A stretch of DNA of 64,000 nt from a bacterium (GCA_900299345.1 OMJM01000071.1:1985-65984), one strand, 5' to 3'. Counted from the first letter of the stretch, positions 1 through 9,275 are shown. Notes: a model not told the origin generated them from the letters alone. Numbers and translations: made by a program.

Positions 1-792
1 TTGTGGCTCAGCCTGCAAAGCGACGAACTGTTCGGAGACAGCGTCTTTGTGGGGCTCTCTCACTACCGCGATCTGATGCATGACGGACGCTTCTGGCATG
101 CGTTGCGCAACACGTTCGTTTATTGCGGAATGGCCGTGATACTGATACCTCCATTTGCGCTTGCACTCGCTCATCTCTTGAAACACACATATCGCCGTTC
201 ACGCGGCCTCATTCAATTCTGCCTGATGATGCCCGGTCTGACACCGCCGCTCGTACTGGCATTGCTGTATGTCCTGGTATTCAATGGTCCACACGGGTTA
301 CTCAATCGGACGTTTCTTCATCCCTTAGGACTTCCGGACATCGACTGGATTCGCGATCCGCGCTTCATCAAGGCCAGTCTGGTTTTGCTTGCTTTGTGGC
401 GCTGGACAGGATTCATCACACTGCTCTTCCTTTCCGGACTCGAAGGCATCCCCCGCTCCTATTACGATACCACGCGCGCCGAAGGCGCATCGGCATGGCA
501 ATTGTTTCGTCATGTGACACTTCCCTTGTTGCGACCCGTGACGGCTTTCGTGGCCGCGCTTCTTTTTCTCGATGCATTCGCTCTGTTCGAAGGCGCCTAC
601 GTTCTGCTGGGGGGCTCCGGCGGCTCGCTGGATGCCGGTCTGTTGCTCATTTCCTATTCCTATCTGACCGCATTCACACTCGGCAGCTTTGGATCCGCGG
701 CGGCCATCGCCTTTGCGTCGCTTCCCTTGCTCATGACCGCGCTATGGTTCATCTTGTCACAGGGGCGCCACCGCAAACCAGCTGCGGCGTAA
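1..792 (+). CDS. Carbohydrate ABC transporter permease (MalF/UgpA-like), 5'-truncated by the window edge
   Basis: Multiple TM segments; EAA-loop-like 'GLEGIPRSYYDTTRAEGASAWQLFRHVTLPLL'; reading frame is open from base 1. Confidence 0.9.
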   Translation: MWLSLQSDELFGDSVFVGLSHYRDLMHDGRFWHALRNTFVYCGMAVILIPPFALALAHLLKHTYRRSRGLIQFCLMMPGLTPPLVLALLYVLVFNGPHGLLNRTFLHPLGLPDIDWIRDPRFIKASLVLLALWRWTGFITLLFLSGLEGIPRSYYDTTRAEGASAWQLFRHVTLPLLRPVTAFVAALLFLDAFALFEGAYVLLGGSGGSLDAGLLLISYSYLTAFTLGSFGSAAAIAFASLPLLMTALWFILSQGRHRKPAAA

Positions 793-799
793 AACTGTT

Positions 800-1630
800 A
801 TGAACCACTCGCGCAAACACATTTCTTCACTGTCAGCAACCGCCGCCCTGGCATTCCTCTGCGTGATTTTCGCCTATCCCTTTGTGTGGATGTTCTGCTC
901 AGGCTTCAAAACCGACGCGGAAGTTTTCGCGCTTTTTCCGCTCCTCCCTCAACACTTCGACCTTGTTCACTATCGCGGTTTGCTTTCCGGAGCCTGGATT
1001 CCTTATCCTCGTTTGTTCCTGAATTCGCTGTTCATCGCATCCCTTGAAACCATCTTCGCGACCGCCTTTGCCTGTGGTGCGGGATATGTATTCGCAAAAT
1101 TCGATTTCCGTTTTAAAAAAACTCTTTTCATTTTGGCAGTGGCCGCCGTGCTCGTTCCACGGCAAGCGCTCGCGCTGCCTTTATTCGTCTGGATGAACAA
1201 ACTTTCCCTGCTGGACACGCCTTGGTCCGTCATTCTTCCCGGAACCGCGAGCGGCGTGGGTTTTCTCTATTTCATCGCGGTGTTCCGCCGGCTTCCCGAT
1301 CCCCTGCTTGACATGGCGCGCTGTGAAGGCGCCGGAGAATACCGTGTTTTTCTTTCCACTCTTCCACTGATAAAACCCGCATTGATTGCATTTGCCCTCA
1401 TCCAATTTGTGCTTTGCTGGCAGGAGCATTTGATTCCGCTCATCATGCTCTCCACGCAAACGCATTTGACAGTGACCTTGGGCCTGGCCAGCCTCAACGC
1501 CGGTAATCTGCGCGTACCTTACGGACTTCTGCTGGCAGGCTGCACGCTCACCTTAATCCCAACGGCCTTGTTCTTCGTTCTCGCACACCGCCATTTTCGA
1601 TCGGCTCTCGCAAGCCTCACCGAGGCATGA
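800..1630 (+). CDS. Carbohydrate ABC transporter permease (MalG/UgpE-like)
   Basis: 'AGYVFAKFDF' and EAA-like 'LPDPLLDMARCEGAGEYRVF'; 7 nt after the previous stop. Confidence 0.9.
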   Translation: MNHSRKHISSLSATAALAFLCVIFAYPFVWMFCSGFKTDAEVFALFPLLPQHFDLVHYRGLLSGAWIPYPRLFLNSLFIASLETIFATAFACGAGYVFAKFDFRFKKTLFILAVAAVLVPRQALALPLFVWMNKLSLLDTPWSVILPGTASGVGFLYFIAVFRRLPDPLLDMARCEGAGEYRVFLSTLPLIKPALIAFALIQFVLCWQEHLIPLIMLSTQTHLTVTLGLASLNAGNLRVPYGLLLAGCTLTLIPTALFFVLAHRHFRSALASLTEA

Positions 1631-1631
1631 C

Positions 1632-2714
1632 ATGACGCGCCTTACCATTGAAAACGTCTCCAAGCTATATCCCGGTGGTGTCGCCGCACTAAAGGACTTT
1701 TCTCTCGAGATTGAAGAGGGGGAGCTTGTTGCCATTGTAGGACCGTCTGGCTGCGGCAAATCCACATTACTGAGGATCATTGCGGGCCTCGAGGAAGAGA
1801 CCTCCGGCAAAGTCCGGATGGGAGAACGTTTCCTCACAGGATTGCCCCCCAAAGAACGCAACATTGCCGTGGTGTTTCAGAGCTACACACTCATGCCACA
1901 TCTTACAGCAGCTGAGAACATGGCTTTCGGTATGCGACTGCGGGGAACCTTTCGCAATCAACGTGAGGAAAAAATTCGCGCCATCGCAAAAACTCTCGGC
2001 ATTGAAGGCTTGCTCAATCGCTATCCTGCCGAAATCAGCGGTGGTGAACGCCAACGCGTCGCGCTGGGACGCGCCATTCTGCGCGAACCGGACGCGTTCC
2101 TTTTCGACGAGCCTCTTTCCAGCCTCGACGCACAAATGCGTTTGCAGCTTCGCGTGGAGATACAGAAACTTCACCAACGTTTGGGGACGCCGATGCTGTT
2201 CGTGACTCACGATCAAAACGAGGCGCTCGCTCTGGGTGACCGTGTAGTCGTCCTGAATCAGGGAAAGATCCAGCAAATCGCCAAACCTGATGAACTTTAT
2301 CTCAAGCCTGCCAATACGTTCGTTGCTTCTTTCATAGGTGCTCCCGGAATGAACTTGTTTCCGGGCCGTCTTGAGTCCAATGGAAACGTTCACAGGTTCG
2401 TATCCTCAAGCGTGACCTTCCCGTTGACTCCATCCCAGGCATCGACACTGCGGACTTACTCCGAAGTCGTGGCCGGTATTCGACCCGAACATTTGAATTT
2501 GTCCCACCCCCCAGATGCTGAGTTGCGAGGAACAGTTACAGCCATCGAAAAGCAATTCGATCAAACGTGCTTATACCTGGAAAATGAGAATGTCGTTTTC
2601 ACAGCAAAGGCAGCTCGTAACATTTCGTGTCATCTTGGTGATGTTCTGCAGTGGAGCGTAGCGTTAGACAACACCGCGTTTTTCGACGCGATTACAGGGG
2701 AGCTTATTTTATAG
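1632..2714 (+). CDS. Sugar ABC transporter ATP-binding protein (MalK/UgpC family)
   Basis: Walker A GPSGCGKS, signature ISGGERQR, Walker B FLFDEP, H-loop VTHDQ, C-terminal TOBE-like region. Confidence 0.95.
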   Translation: MTRLTIENVSKLYPGGVAALKDFSLEIEEGELVAIVGPSGCGKSTLLRIIAGLEEETSGKVRMGERFLTGLPPKERNIAVVFQSYTLMPHLTAAENMAFGMRLRGTFRNQREEKIRAIAKTLGIEGLLNRYPAEISGGERQRVALGRAILREPDAFLFDEPLSSLDAQMRLQLRVEIQKLHQRLGTPMLFVTHDQNEALALGDRVVVLNQGKIQQIAKPDELYLKPANTFVASFIGAPGMNLFPGRLESNGNVHRFVSSSVTFPLTPSQASTLRTYSEVVAGIRPEHLNLSHPPDAELRGTVTAIEKQFDQTCLYLENENVVFTAKAARNISCHLGDVLQWSVALDNTAFFDAITGELIL

Positions 2715-2847
2715 TCAAAAAAAGGTAAATTTTATGATTTTCAGCTAACTCGATGATTTTTTATTGATTGAAATATGTCCTGCATCACAACACCCCCCTT
2801 AAATTATCAAAAAAACCCCATGATGCCTTAAATCCTTTAAAAACGGC

Positions 2848-2876
2848 TTTACATTTGAGAAGGCGTTGTATAAGTT
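2848..2876 (+). promoter_or_regulatory. Putative sigma70 promoter of paralog 1
   Basis: TTTACA-N17-TAAGTT in an AT-rich intergenic region; the ATAAGTTTyGT motif recurs upstream of paralog 3 (about 6180-6190). Confidence 0.35.
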
Positions 2877-2936
2877 TCGTGAGGGAGTAAACAAATCCCC
2901 ATAGGGAGAGAGCACACCATGAAGGAGAAAAACATC

Positions 2937-4388
2937 ATGAAATCATGGAAATACGCGTTGGCGGCCGCGATTTTGCCCGCTTCGATTTGGTCGGCAACGA
3001 TTAGTGGTATTGTCGGAGCCCCGGCTCCCGGCACCCCGGTTGCGGGAGTGACGGTGTACCTGCGCGATGGCAACAGCACTGGCCCCAAGATCGACTCGAC
3101 CGTCAGCAGTGTCACCGGTGCGTACACGTTCTCGAACGTGGCTACAGGTGCAAAGACCTTGCAGGCTGGAAAAGCCGGCTACAACACGGTTTTTGTCCTG
3201 GTCGGCGTGAATACCGCTGGACAAACCATCACCCAAAATTTGAGCCTCACCATCAATAACAACACCTCGAGTCTCGTCGGTACGGTGCGTAAGGCATCTG
3301 ACTCGACCGTCTTGGCTGGAGTCACGGTGACCTTGTCCGGCAATGCCGAAACGGGTCGCACCAAAGTGACCGACAGCTTGGGCAACTATCGCTTTGACAG
3401 CGTGGGAACGGGAACGGGTTATACCGTCGCCGCCGCGTTGACGGGTTACAACAGCACCAGCGTGGGTGGAATCTCAGCCGCGTGGAATTCTTCCACAACG
3501 GTCGGCACGATGTACCTCACCCGCAATTTGGGCACCTTGTCTGGCACCATCCGCCGCACCGACAGCACCACGGTTCCGATTCAAGGAGCCAAGGTCGTTG
3601 TTTCCATTGCTGGCACCAAGGTGGACAGCACCACGACCGACGTGAATGGCCAGTACACCCTGACCGTGAACGCTGCTGCGTACACTGTTTCGGTGAGCAA
3701 AGCCGGGTACAAGAGCAACATCGGCATGGCAACCAAGGACACCACGGCGACCGTGACGTTTGGCAGCAACACCACGCTGAATGTGAACCTCACTCCGGCA
3801 ATTTCCACGATCACGGGTACGGTTACGCGCGGAACGACGACTCCGGCTAGCGGTGCAAAAGTGGTTTTGGCTCGTCGAATCAACAACCAGGCGGCCACCC
3901 CCTTCACCCGGCTGGATTCCACGACGACAGATGCAAACGGCATCTTCGTGTTCAGCAATTTGATCGCGGCGCAGCCTGCAACGCAAGGCCAGTACCGTTT
4001 GTTCATCACCATGACTCCGCTTGGTAGCACGGTGGATTATCCGAACGGTACGGCACAAACCAACTTAGACACGATTACTGTGGCCGTTGGTGGAACCGCG
4101 ACTCGCAATGTGACTCTGACGAACTGTGCTGTCGGCAGCACCCTTCCCGGCTGCGCTCCTGCTGGCATCCTTCCTTTGTCTTCCAGCAAATCGCAAGACA
4201 TCCGTTTCTCCACGATGGGCGACCGCCTGATTCTGGATATGGGCGTTTCCAACGCCGTCCGCACGGTTTCCATCTTCGGATTGAACGGAACGGTGCAGTA
4301 TCAGGTGAACGTCCCGGCGGGTGAATCCCAGGCTGTTGTGCCTGCGACCCTCTCCCCGGCGAACGGCTACCTGTTCATGGTCAAGTAA
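2937..4388 (+). CDS. Secreted carboxypeptidase-regulatory-like (prealbumin/CnaB-type) repeat protein with a C-terminal sorting-like domain, paralog 1
   Basis: Signal peptide MKSWKYALAAAILPASIWSA (AAGGAG RBS; alternative start 2919); about four 'tisGtV...p.aGa.V.l...TD..G.Y.f' units; ends NGYLFMVK. Confidence 0.8.
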   Translation: MKSWKYALAAAILPASIWSATISGIVGAPAPGTPVAGVTVYLRDGNSTGPKIDSTVSSVTGAYTFSNVATGAKTLQAGKAGYNTVFVLVGVNTAGQTITQNLSLTINNNTSSLVGTVRKASDSTVLAGVTVTLSGNAETGRTKVTDSLGNYRFDSVGTGTGYTVAAALTGYNSTSVGGISAAWNSSTTVGTMYLTRNLGTLSGTIRRTDSTTVPIQGAKVVVSIAGTKVDSTTTDVNGQYTLTVNAAAYTVSVSKAGYKSNIGMATKDTTATVTFGSNTTLNVNLTPAISTITGTVTRGTTTPASGAKVVLARRINNQAATPFTRLDSTTTDANGIFVFSNLIAAQPATQGQYRLFITMTPLGSTVDYPNGTAQTNLDTITVAVGGTATRNVTLTNCAVGSTLPGCAPAGILPLSSSKSQDIRFSTMGDRLILDMGVSNAVRTVSIFGLNGTVQYQVNVPAGESQAVVPATLSPANGYLFMVK

Positions 4389-4409
4389 CCAGCCTTCAAA
4401 GTGCTCTCC

Positions 4410-4443
4410 AAAAAGGCCGGTGGGATTTCCCACCGGCCTTTTT
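4410..4443 (+). terminator. Rho-independent terminator
   Basis: aaaaaGGCCGGTGGGA-tt-TCCCACCGGCCttttt, perfect stem with U-tract. Confidence 0.9.
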
Positions 4444-4544
4444 CATTTTAAAACGAGTTTTCATGCCAGTTTTTCACGGCTAATCCAAGACCGATGAGTT
4501 AGCTTTTGGTAAGCCACAACCCATCCTTAAGGGGAGAATCCATT

Positions 4545-5897
4545 ATGAAAAAGTCTTTGCTCAGTCTCTTGGCTGCTTTGGCATTTTTGCCGCTTGTCGC
4601 TGGTGCGGCAACAATCAGCGGTAACGTCACTACAGGCGGCACCACACCTGTTGTTGGTGCCAAAGTGGTCCTTATTGCGGCTGGAGTTCATGTGGACTCC
4701 GTCATGACGGATAGCGTGGGCCACTACACGTTTGACAGCACCCACGTCGGTGCGACGGGAGCCAAGCAGGTGCAAGCAAGCAAGGCTGGCATGGGAACCG
4801 TCACCAACACGGTCAACATCACCTCTGCCACTCAGGCAGCCACCTCCAACTTCAACCTCGCCGCGGGCGGAAATCTTGCCGGTACGGTGCGTAAAACGTC
4901 CGACAGCACAGTCCTCGCCGGCGCAAAGGTCGTTCTACGGCGCGGCAACACGAGTGTGGACAGTGCCATTACCAACGGCTCAGGCCAATTCACATTCAAT
5001 GATCAAGTTCCCGCGACGAACTACTCGCTTGTGACCAGTGCAGCAACATATTTCACAACGACCACGACCGTATCCATCACCGCCAATGCTTCACTCAGTG
5101 TCACGCTTTATCTGGCATTGACAGTGCCGGCGACCATCACAGGCACTGTGACGAATTCTTCGGGTGGAGCCCCCATTTCAGGCGCACTGGTGCGGCTGCG
5201 CCGTGGTTCCGCCACATCAGCCGTCGTAGACAGTGTGACGACAAACGGTTCGGGTGTTTACAGCTTCAGCGGCGTTGCACCGGGAACCCCCAATGCTTGG
5301 GTCACTGCCAGCGCAAATGGCTTCTTCAGCATCACGAACAACAACCTCACCGTGGGCAACGGAGCCACTGTCACCTCCAACTTCAGTCTTGTCATGCCAG
5401 GCCGTATCACGGGAACCGCACAGGGATACCCCGCGCCTGGCATCTTGGTGAATCTTGCCAATGCGCTGATAGTGCTTCGCCGCGGATCGGACACGGCCGC
5501 CATCAGCGACAGCACGCGTACCAACAGTTCCGGCGTTTATACGTTCAACAACCTCACCCCTGGAACGCCCAACTACTGGGTCACCATCAACAGTAACATT
5601 GGAACAGCCACCAACGCAAATGTGGCTGTGACTGCGGGTGGAACCACGACTTCCAACTTCAGTATTTCTGCCACAGCTATCGCGCGTTTGAGTAAAGAAA
5701 CAGGTGCCTTGAGCTTTTCCAAAGTCGGCAATGAGCTGTACGTCAAAATGAGTGTTTCTTCCTCAGAACGTACGGTCACAGTTTTCGGAATGAGCGGCGG
5801 AATCGCATATCACACCTCGGTTCCAGTGGGAGCATCACAAATCTCAGTTCCGGCGGTGTATGCTCCTGAAAACGGGTATCTCTTCCAAGTGAAATAG
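4545..5897 (+). CDS. Secreted carboxypeptidase-regulatory-like repeat protein, paralog 2
   Basis: GGGGAG RBS; signal peptide MKKSLLSLLAALAFLPLVAGA; four repeat units; ends NGYLFQVK. Confidence 0.8.
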   Translation: MKKSLLSLLAALAFLPLVAGAATISGNVTTGGTTPVVGAKVVLIAAGVHVDSVMTDSVGHYTFDSTHVGATGAKQVQASKAGMGTVTNTVNITSATQAATSNFNLAAGGNLAGTVRKTSDSTVLAGAKVVLRRGNTSVDSAITNGSGQFTFNDQVPATNYSLVTSAATYFTTTTTVSITANASLSVTLYLALTVPATITGTVTNSSGGAPISGALVRLRRGSATSAVVDSVTTNGSGVYSFSGVAPGTPNAWVTASANGFFSITNNNLTVGNGATVTSNFSLVMPGRITGTAQGYPAPGILVNLANALIVLRRGSDTAAISDSTRTNSSGVYTFNNLTPGTPNYWVTINSNIGTATNANVAVTAGGTTTSNFSISATAIARLSKETGALSFSKVGNELYVKMSVSSSERTVTVFGMSGGIAYHTSVPVGASQISVPAVYAPENGYLFQVK

Positions 5898-5914
5898 AAT
5901 CCCTTCGATTTTTC

Positions 5915-5947
5915 AAAAAAGCCGATGGGAATCCCATCGGCTTTTTT
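5915..5947 (+). terminator. Rho-independent terminator
   Basis: aaaaaaGCCGATGGGA-a-TCCCATCGGCtttttt. Confidence 0.9.
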
Positions 5948-5964
5948 GTTTTCATCTCAAAAAA

Positions 5965-6130
5965 CGTTATCTCCTTGCAGACTTCCGGAATTGATTTATT
6001 ACCTGAAAATAAAATCGTTATCCTATTTGAGATATTTTTTTATACAAATTCATTAAAATTTGTTCTTTATTGGAAAATTTATGTTTTTCGTTATCTAGAA
6101 AATAATGGCCGCCTCATTTACCGCGTTATC
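5965..6130. repeat. Four direct copies of CGTTATC in an AT-rich intergenic region
   Basis: Copies at 5965, 6016, 6089 and 6124; a further copy at 7195 and GTTATC at 7120. Confidence 0.6.
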
Positions 6131-6131
6131 C

Positions 6132-6165
6132 AATATGAAGAAATAAAATTGAACATCTTCATATT
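6132..6165. promoter_or_regulatory. Perfect 10-14-10 inverted repeat, candidate operator
   Basis: AATATGAAGA-N14-TCTTCATATT, about 55 nt upstream of the paralog 3 start. Confidence 0.45.
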
Positions 6166-6219
6166 TGTTGAGTCTGATAATAAGTTTTGTATCAAACCAA
6201 CCGGAGAAGGAGAGATCTC

Positions 6220-7035
6220 ATGAAAATTGCCAAATATCTGTTAGCTGCCATCCTCATCCCCGCCTCTTTGTGGGCTGGGACGCTTAGCGGGACTGTAAGC
6301 GCCGCAAGTGGAGGCGCGCCAATTGCCAACGCTTTGGTAGTGCTGAGAACTACTAACTCGGCCACCGGAACTGTGTATGACAGTGTTCGCTCCAATGCTG
6401 CTGGTTTGTATACCTTCTCTGGCCTTTCCGCGGCGACGTACTATGTCACCACCACAGCCACGGGATATGTCACCATTTCATTGAGTTCACATGCGGTCAC
6501 AGCCACCGGCACCACGACCTACAACATCTCGATGACGGCTAGCGTTGGAACAATCACCGGCGTTGCGCGCAGCAATGGCAATCCGATCGTGGGACTTACT
6601 GTGACACTTCGTCGCAGTTCCGCTACCAGTGACCCAGTTGCAACCACAACCACTGATTCCACGGGACGCTACACGTTCAGTAACCAAGCGTCCGGGACCC
6701 CCAACTACTACGTCACCATCTTCAATCCGGCCACGAACCAGACGGTCACGAACGGCAACCTAGCCGTCACAAACGGCGGAACCACTACCTCGAACTTCCT
6801 GCTTAGCGCCACAGCCTTGCAATCGTTTTCCAAAACGTCCTCTTCCATGCGTTGGTCCCGTTCAGGTGATCGCCTGACACTGGATTTGGGCGCATCCAAC
6901 ACAACGCGATTGGTGTCGGTCTACGGCCTGAATGGCACCGTACTCTACAGCGTTTTCGTGAACGCAGGGGAATCCCGCGCAGTGATCCCCGCCGCCTTCG
7001 CTCCGAGCAACGGCTATCTGTTCCAAGTGAAATAA
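6220..7035 (+). CDS. Secreted carboxypeptidase-regulatory-like repeat protein, paralog 3
   Basis: AAGGAG RBS; signal peptide MKIAKYLLAAILIPASLWAG; two repeat units; ends NGYLFQVK. Confidence 0.8.
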   Translation: MKIAKYLLAAILIPASLWAGTLSGTVSAASGGAPIANALVVLRTTNSATGTVYDSVRSNAAGLYTFSGLSAATYYVTTTATGYVTISLSSHAVTATGTTTYNISMTASVGTITGVARSNGNPIVGLTVTLRRSSATSDPVATTTTDSTGRYTFSNQASGTPNYYVTIFNPATNQTVTNGNLAVTNGGTTTSNFLLSATALQSFSKTSSSMRWSRSGDRLTLDLGASNTTRLVSVYGLNGTVLYSVFVNAGESRAVIPAAFAPSNGYLFQVK

Positions 7036-7062
7036 TTGCCAGCTAACAGTGTTTGCTCTTTC

Positions 7063-7092
7063 AGGGTCGGTGGGAAACCATCGACCCTTTTT
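7063..7092 (+). terminator. Rho-independent terminator
   Basis: AGGGTCGGTGG-gaaa-CCATCGACCCT followed by a T-run. Confidence 0.85.
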
Positions 7093-7319
7093 ATTTATGC
7101 TCCGGAAGAGGTAATTATTGTTATCGAATAAATAAGAATAAGCATTTGATAAGTCTATTTTTTTGGATAAATAATGGTTTTTTATTGGTTTTTTCGTTAT
7201 CGGATTAAGAAATAGACGAAAATATTCCTCACGATTTTCCAAATAAGAACGGTAGGTTAACCCCAACGAGTAATCTCGCGGAAACCCTCACCTTTCAAAT
7301 CGCATCAACGGAGGAAATC

Positions 7320-9275
7320 ATGCAACGAATCAGAAAAGCTCCATCTCTCGCAGGCAGTCTCTTCTTTTTGCTGGCGTTATTCCTGCTGACTTCAGCTGGC
7401 GCCACCACGATTTCAGGGACAGTGAGAAACGCCGCCGATAGTACTCCTGTTGTTGGTGCGAAGGTTGTGTTGATCCAGGGACCGACACGCGTTGATTCCG
7501 CCACGACGGACGCGTCGGGGAACTATTCACTGCTTAACGTCACGGGTGGCAACAAGCAACTGCAAACCAGCGCCACAGGTTATCAAACCGCCACGACGAA
7601 TACAACTGTGGATACGACAGTGGCGACGCTTACCGTGAACATCAACCTCACCGTCACGGTGCCTGGAAGCATCAGTGGCCTTGTAAGAAGCGCAGCGGAT
7701 AGCACGACGCCGATCGCCGGGGCGAAGCTCTATCTACGCCGAACCTCCGCCACCAGCGCCATCATCGACAGCGCACTCACGGATTCCACCGGCTTTTACG
7801 CCTTCTCCGATCTCGTGCCTGGAACCCCCAACTACTATCTCGCGGTCACCGCAACCGGATACGTCAATGGCACAAGCAATAATATTGCGGTGGGTAACGG
7901 AGCTTCCGTGACTCGCAACTTCTACTTGAATTCGCCTGGCAGCATCAGCGGCCTTGTAAGAAACGCCGCGGATAGCACGACACCGATTGCGGGAGCGAAG
8001 GTTTATCTGCGCCGAACCTCCGCGACCAGCACCATCATCGACAGTATCACCACAGATTCCACGGGCGCGTACGCTTTCTCCAACCTGGCTCCAGGAACCC
8101 CCAACTACTACATCACTGCCAGTGCATCGGGCTTCTTAAGCATCACCAATGGCAACGTCGCACTTCCCAACGGAGGGGCGATAATTTCCAACTTCTATCT
8201 GCAAACGCTCGTTCCCGGTAGCATCTCAGGCACCGTGAGAAGCGCGGCGGACAGCACAACACCCATCGCCGGAGCGAAAGTCTATCTGCGCCGAACCTCC
8301 GCCACCAGCGCTATCATCGACAGCACCACAACGGATGCACTCGGGGATTACCTGTTCGACAGCCTGACGCCAGGAACGCCAAACTACTGGATCACGGCCA
8401 GCGCTGCAGGATTCCAAAGCGCGACGAACGCCAACGTGGCCATCGCCAATGGCGAGGGCGTGACTTCCAATCTGTATCTGGTGGTGACCGTTCCCGGGAC
8501 TATCAGCGGAACAGTGAGAAGTGCTGTAGACAGCATCACTCCCATTGTCGGCGCCAAGGTCTATCTCCGCCGCACCTCCGCCACCAGTGCCATCATTGAC
8601 AGCGCCACCACTGATTCCACCGGTGCTTATGCGCTCAGCAACCTAGCACCGGGAACCCCCAATTATTATCTGGCGGTCACCGCAGCGGGATACGTCAACG
8701 GTGCAAGCAATAACATCGCGATAGGCAACGGCGCCACCGTCACACGTAATTTCTACCTCGCCGTGGCCGTTCCGGGCAGCATCACTGGAATCGTGAGACG
8801 CGCCACTGACAGCACCGTCATTGCCGGAGCCAAGATTTATCTCCGCCGCTCTTCCGCGACTAGTGCCATCATCGACAGTGCCACTACCGATTCCGCCGGT
8901 GTCTACACCTTCAGCAACGTGGCTTCCGGAACACCGAATTACTGGATTACCATCAGTGTAACCGGCTACCTTGATAGCACAATTACGAATGTCGCCGTCG
9001 GCAACGGCGCCACCGTTACCCGCAACGTGGTGATGACCTTGGTCAGTAGTGCGCTGAAACAGGCCGCTACACATTCAGCAAACAATTTCCGCATCGTCCG
9101 GGCTGGGAACCTGCTGTGGGTGAACATCGAGGCATCGGGAACACCGAGACGCTTGAAGATTTACGACATGACCGGCAGCGTGCGTCACAGCGTATCGATA
9201 TCCGCCGGAGAAAATCGGGTTTCTGTGCCGGCGGCGTTCTCTCCTTCCAATGGTTTTATCCTGCAAGTGAAGTAA
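7320..9275 (+). CDS. Secreted carboxypeptidase-regulatory-like repeat protein, paralog 4 (six units)
   Basis: GGAGG RBS; signal peptide; five near-identical 91-93 aa repeats plus a divergent first unit; ends NGFILQVK. Confidence 0.8.
   Translation: MQRIRKAPSLAGSLFFLLALFLLTSAGATTISGTVRNAADSTPVVGAKVVLIQGPTRVDSATTDASGNYSLLNVTGGNKQLQTSATGYQTATTNTTVDTTVATLTVNINLTVTVPGSISGLVRSAADSTTPIAGAKLYLRRTSATSAIIDSALTDSTGFYAFSDLVPGTPNYYLAVTATGYVNGTSNNIAVGNGASVTRNFYLNSPGSISGLVRNAADSTTPIAGAKVYLRRTSATSTIIDSITTDSTGAYAFSNLAPGTPNYYITASASGFLSITNGNVALPNGGAIISNFYLQTLVPGSISGTVRSAADSTTPIAGAKVYLRRTSATSAIIDSTTTDALGDYLFDSLTPGTPNYWITASAAGFQSATNANVAIANGEGVTSNLYLVVTVPGTISGTVRSAVDSITPIVGAKVYLRRTSATSAIIDSATTDSTGAYALSNLAPGTPNYYLAVTAAGYVNGASNNIAIGNGATVTRNFYLAVAVPGSITGIVRRATDSTVIAGAKIYLRRSSATSAIIDSATTDSAGVYTFSNVASGTPNYWITISVTGYLDSTITNVAVGNGATVTRNVVMTLVSSALKQAATHSANNFRIVRAGNLLWVNIEASGTPRRLKIYDMTGSVRHSVSISAGENRVSVPAAFSPSNGFILQVK
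7662..9041 (+). repeat. Five tandem intragenic repeats of 273-279 bp
   Basis: Units start at 7662, 7935, 8214, 8493 and 8772 (PGsIsG.VR.A.DS...GAK.YLRR.SATS.IIDS). Confidence 0.9.

Noticed and set aside
4478-4515. Imperfect hairpin in the paralog 2 leader as a riboswitch
   Set aside because: No recognisable aptamer consensus (c-di-GMP, SAM, TPP, cobalamin); the stem is bulged and short
5950-7210. TTATC-rich AT islands as a possible oriC with DnaA boxes
   Set aside because: Best matches are 7-8/9 (e.g. TTATCCAAA), with no perfect TTATCCACA and no dnaA/gidA context
7662-9041. Periodic repeats as a CRISPR array
   Set aside because: Units are 273-279 bp, in frame and coding, with no unique spacers or cas genes
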